64,000 nt of DNA from Stegostoma tigrinum (taxonomy: Eukaryota). The stretch spans positions 30,920,784 to 30,984,783 of the forward strand of contig NC_081381.1 of assembly GCF_030684315.1 (NCBI RefSeq). The letters run 5' to 3'. The notes under the pieces were generated by a model. That model worked only from the letters and a program-made list of their open reading frames with translations. It was not told the DNA's origin and searched no databases. The translations under genes and the position numbers were made by a program. Of this stretch, positions 63,615 to 64,000 are shown piece after piece; the stretch's first letter is position 1; each line of letters opens with the position of its first letter.

Positions 63615-63803
63615 TGGAGCAAATTCATCATTTAGTTCAGGTAACACAACATCATGAGAGAGTACTGTGTGGCCTTCCATTCCCAGTAACTCAGTCAGCT
63701 CATTAAATAAAAGCATTTTGTCCTCCTCACTCCCATTCCATCCATTTTCCAATAGTTTATAGAACACTTTACCAGGAATGCTGCTTCGCTGTAGAATCAC
63801 AAC
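63615..63803 (-). CDS. DNAJC16: DNAJC16 internal exon; upstream exons lie right of the window
   Basis: ttggcag|GTT; VVILQRSSIPGKVFYKLLENGWNGSEEDKMLL...VLPELNDEFAP; CCA|gtaagt; 189 nt. Confidence 0.93.
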
Positions 63804-64000
63804 CTGCCAAACAGAATTTTGTCAGAAAAAAAAAACAAAGAATTCTTAAGAATTCTAGTATTTGACATGACCCCTCTAACTGAAAAAGTGAAATGCATAG
63901 AGTTGTGAAAATTACAGCTCCTTTATCCATGTTATTTTTACAGGGAGCAGCTCTGTGACTGACCTACAGTAAAGTGATTGAAGGCGTTTTGTTGTCCTTG

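Noticed and set aside
1-64000. CRISPR arrays, operons or other prokaryotic systems
   Set aside because: The sequence is spliced vertebrate DNA; recurring short motifs are dispersed retroelement ends, not regularly spaced repeats

Overview
Eukaryotic, intron-rich and repeat-rich DNA from a cartilaginous fish, probably a shark (HE1-type SINEs, elasmobranch-like CR1 and Penelope repeats). I traced four spliced genes by hand. SLC66A1/PQLC2 (- strand) has its first coding exon at 3928-4085 and runs off the left edge. PINK1 (+, 8 exons, 14482-27910, 626 aa) and AGMAT (+, 7 exons, 35108-44809, 347 aa) are complete. The last six exons of DNAJC16 (-, 49003-63803) are present and the gene continues past the right edge. 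Most ORFs in the supplied track are retroelement fragments or spurious. The most striking non-genic signal is a dense set of Penelope-like (GIY-YIG) elements and their short ~65-200 bp derivatives. Many carry minimal hammerhead-ribozyme motifs, have 9-20 bp target-site duplications, and several are fold-back palindromes. Other points: an expanded PINK1 kinase insertion 1 with a 33-bp coding tandem repeat, a GC-AG intron in PINK1, tandem CLEAR/M-box sites at the SLC66A1 promoter, a partial duplication of a DNAJC16 exon that could act as a cryptic exon, and a LINE whose 5' end matches the local SINE. Gene and family names come from recalled homology, not database searches.
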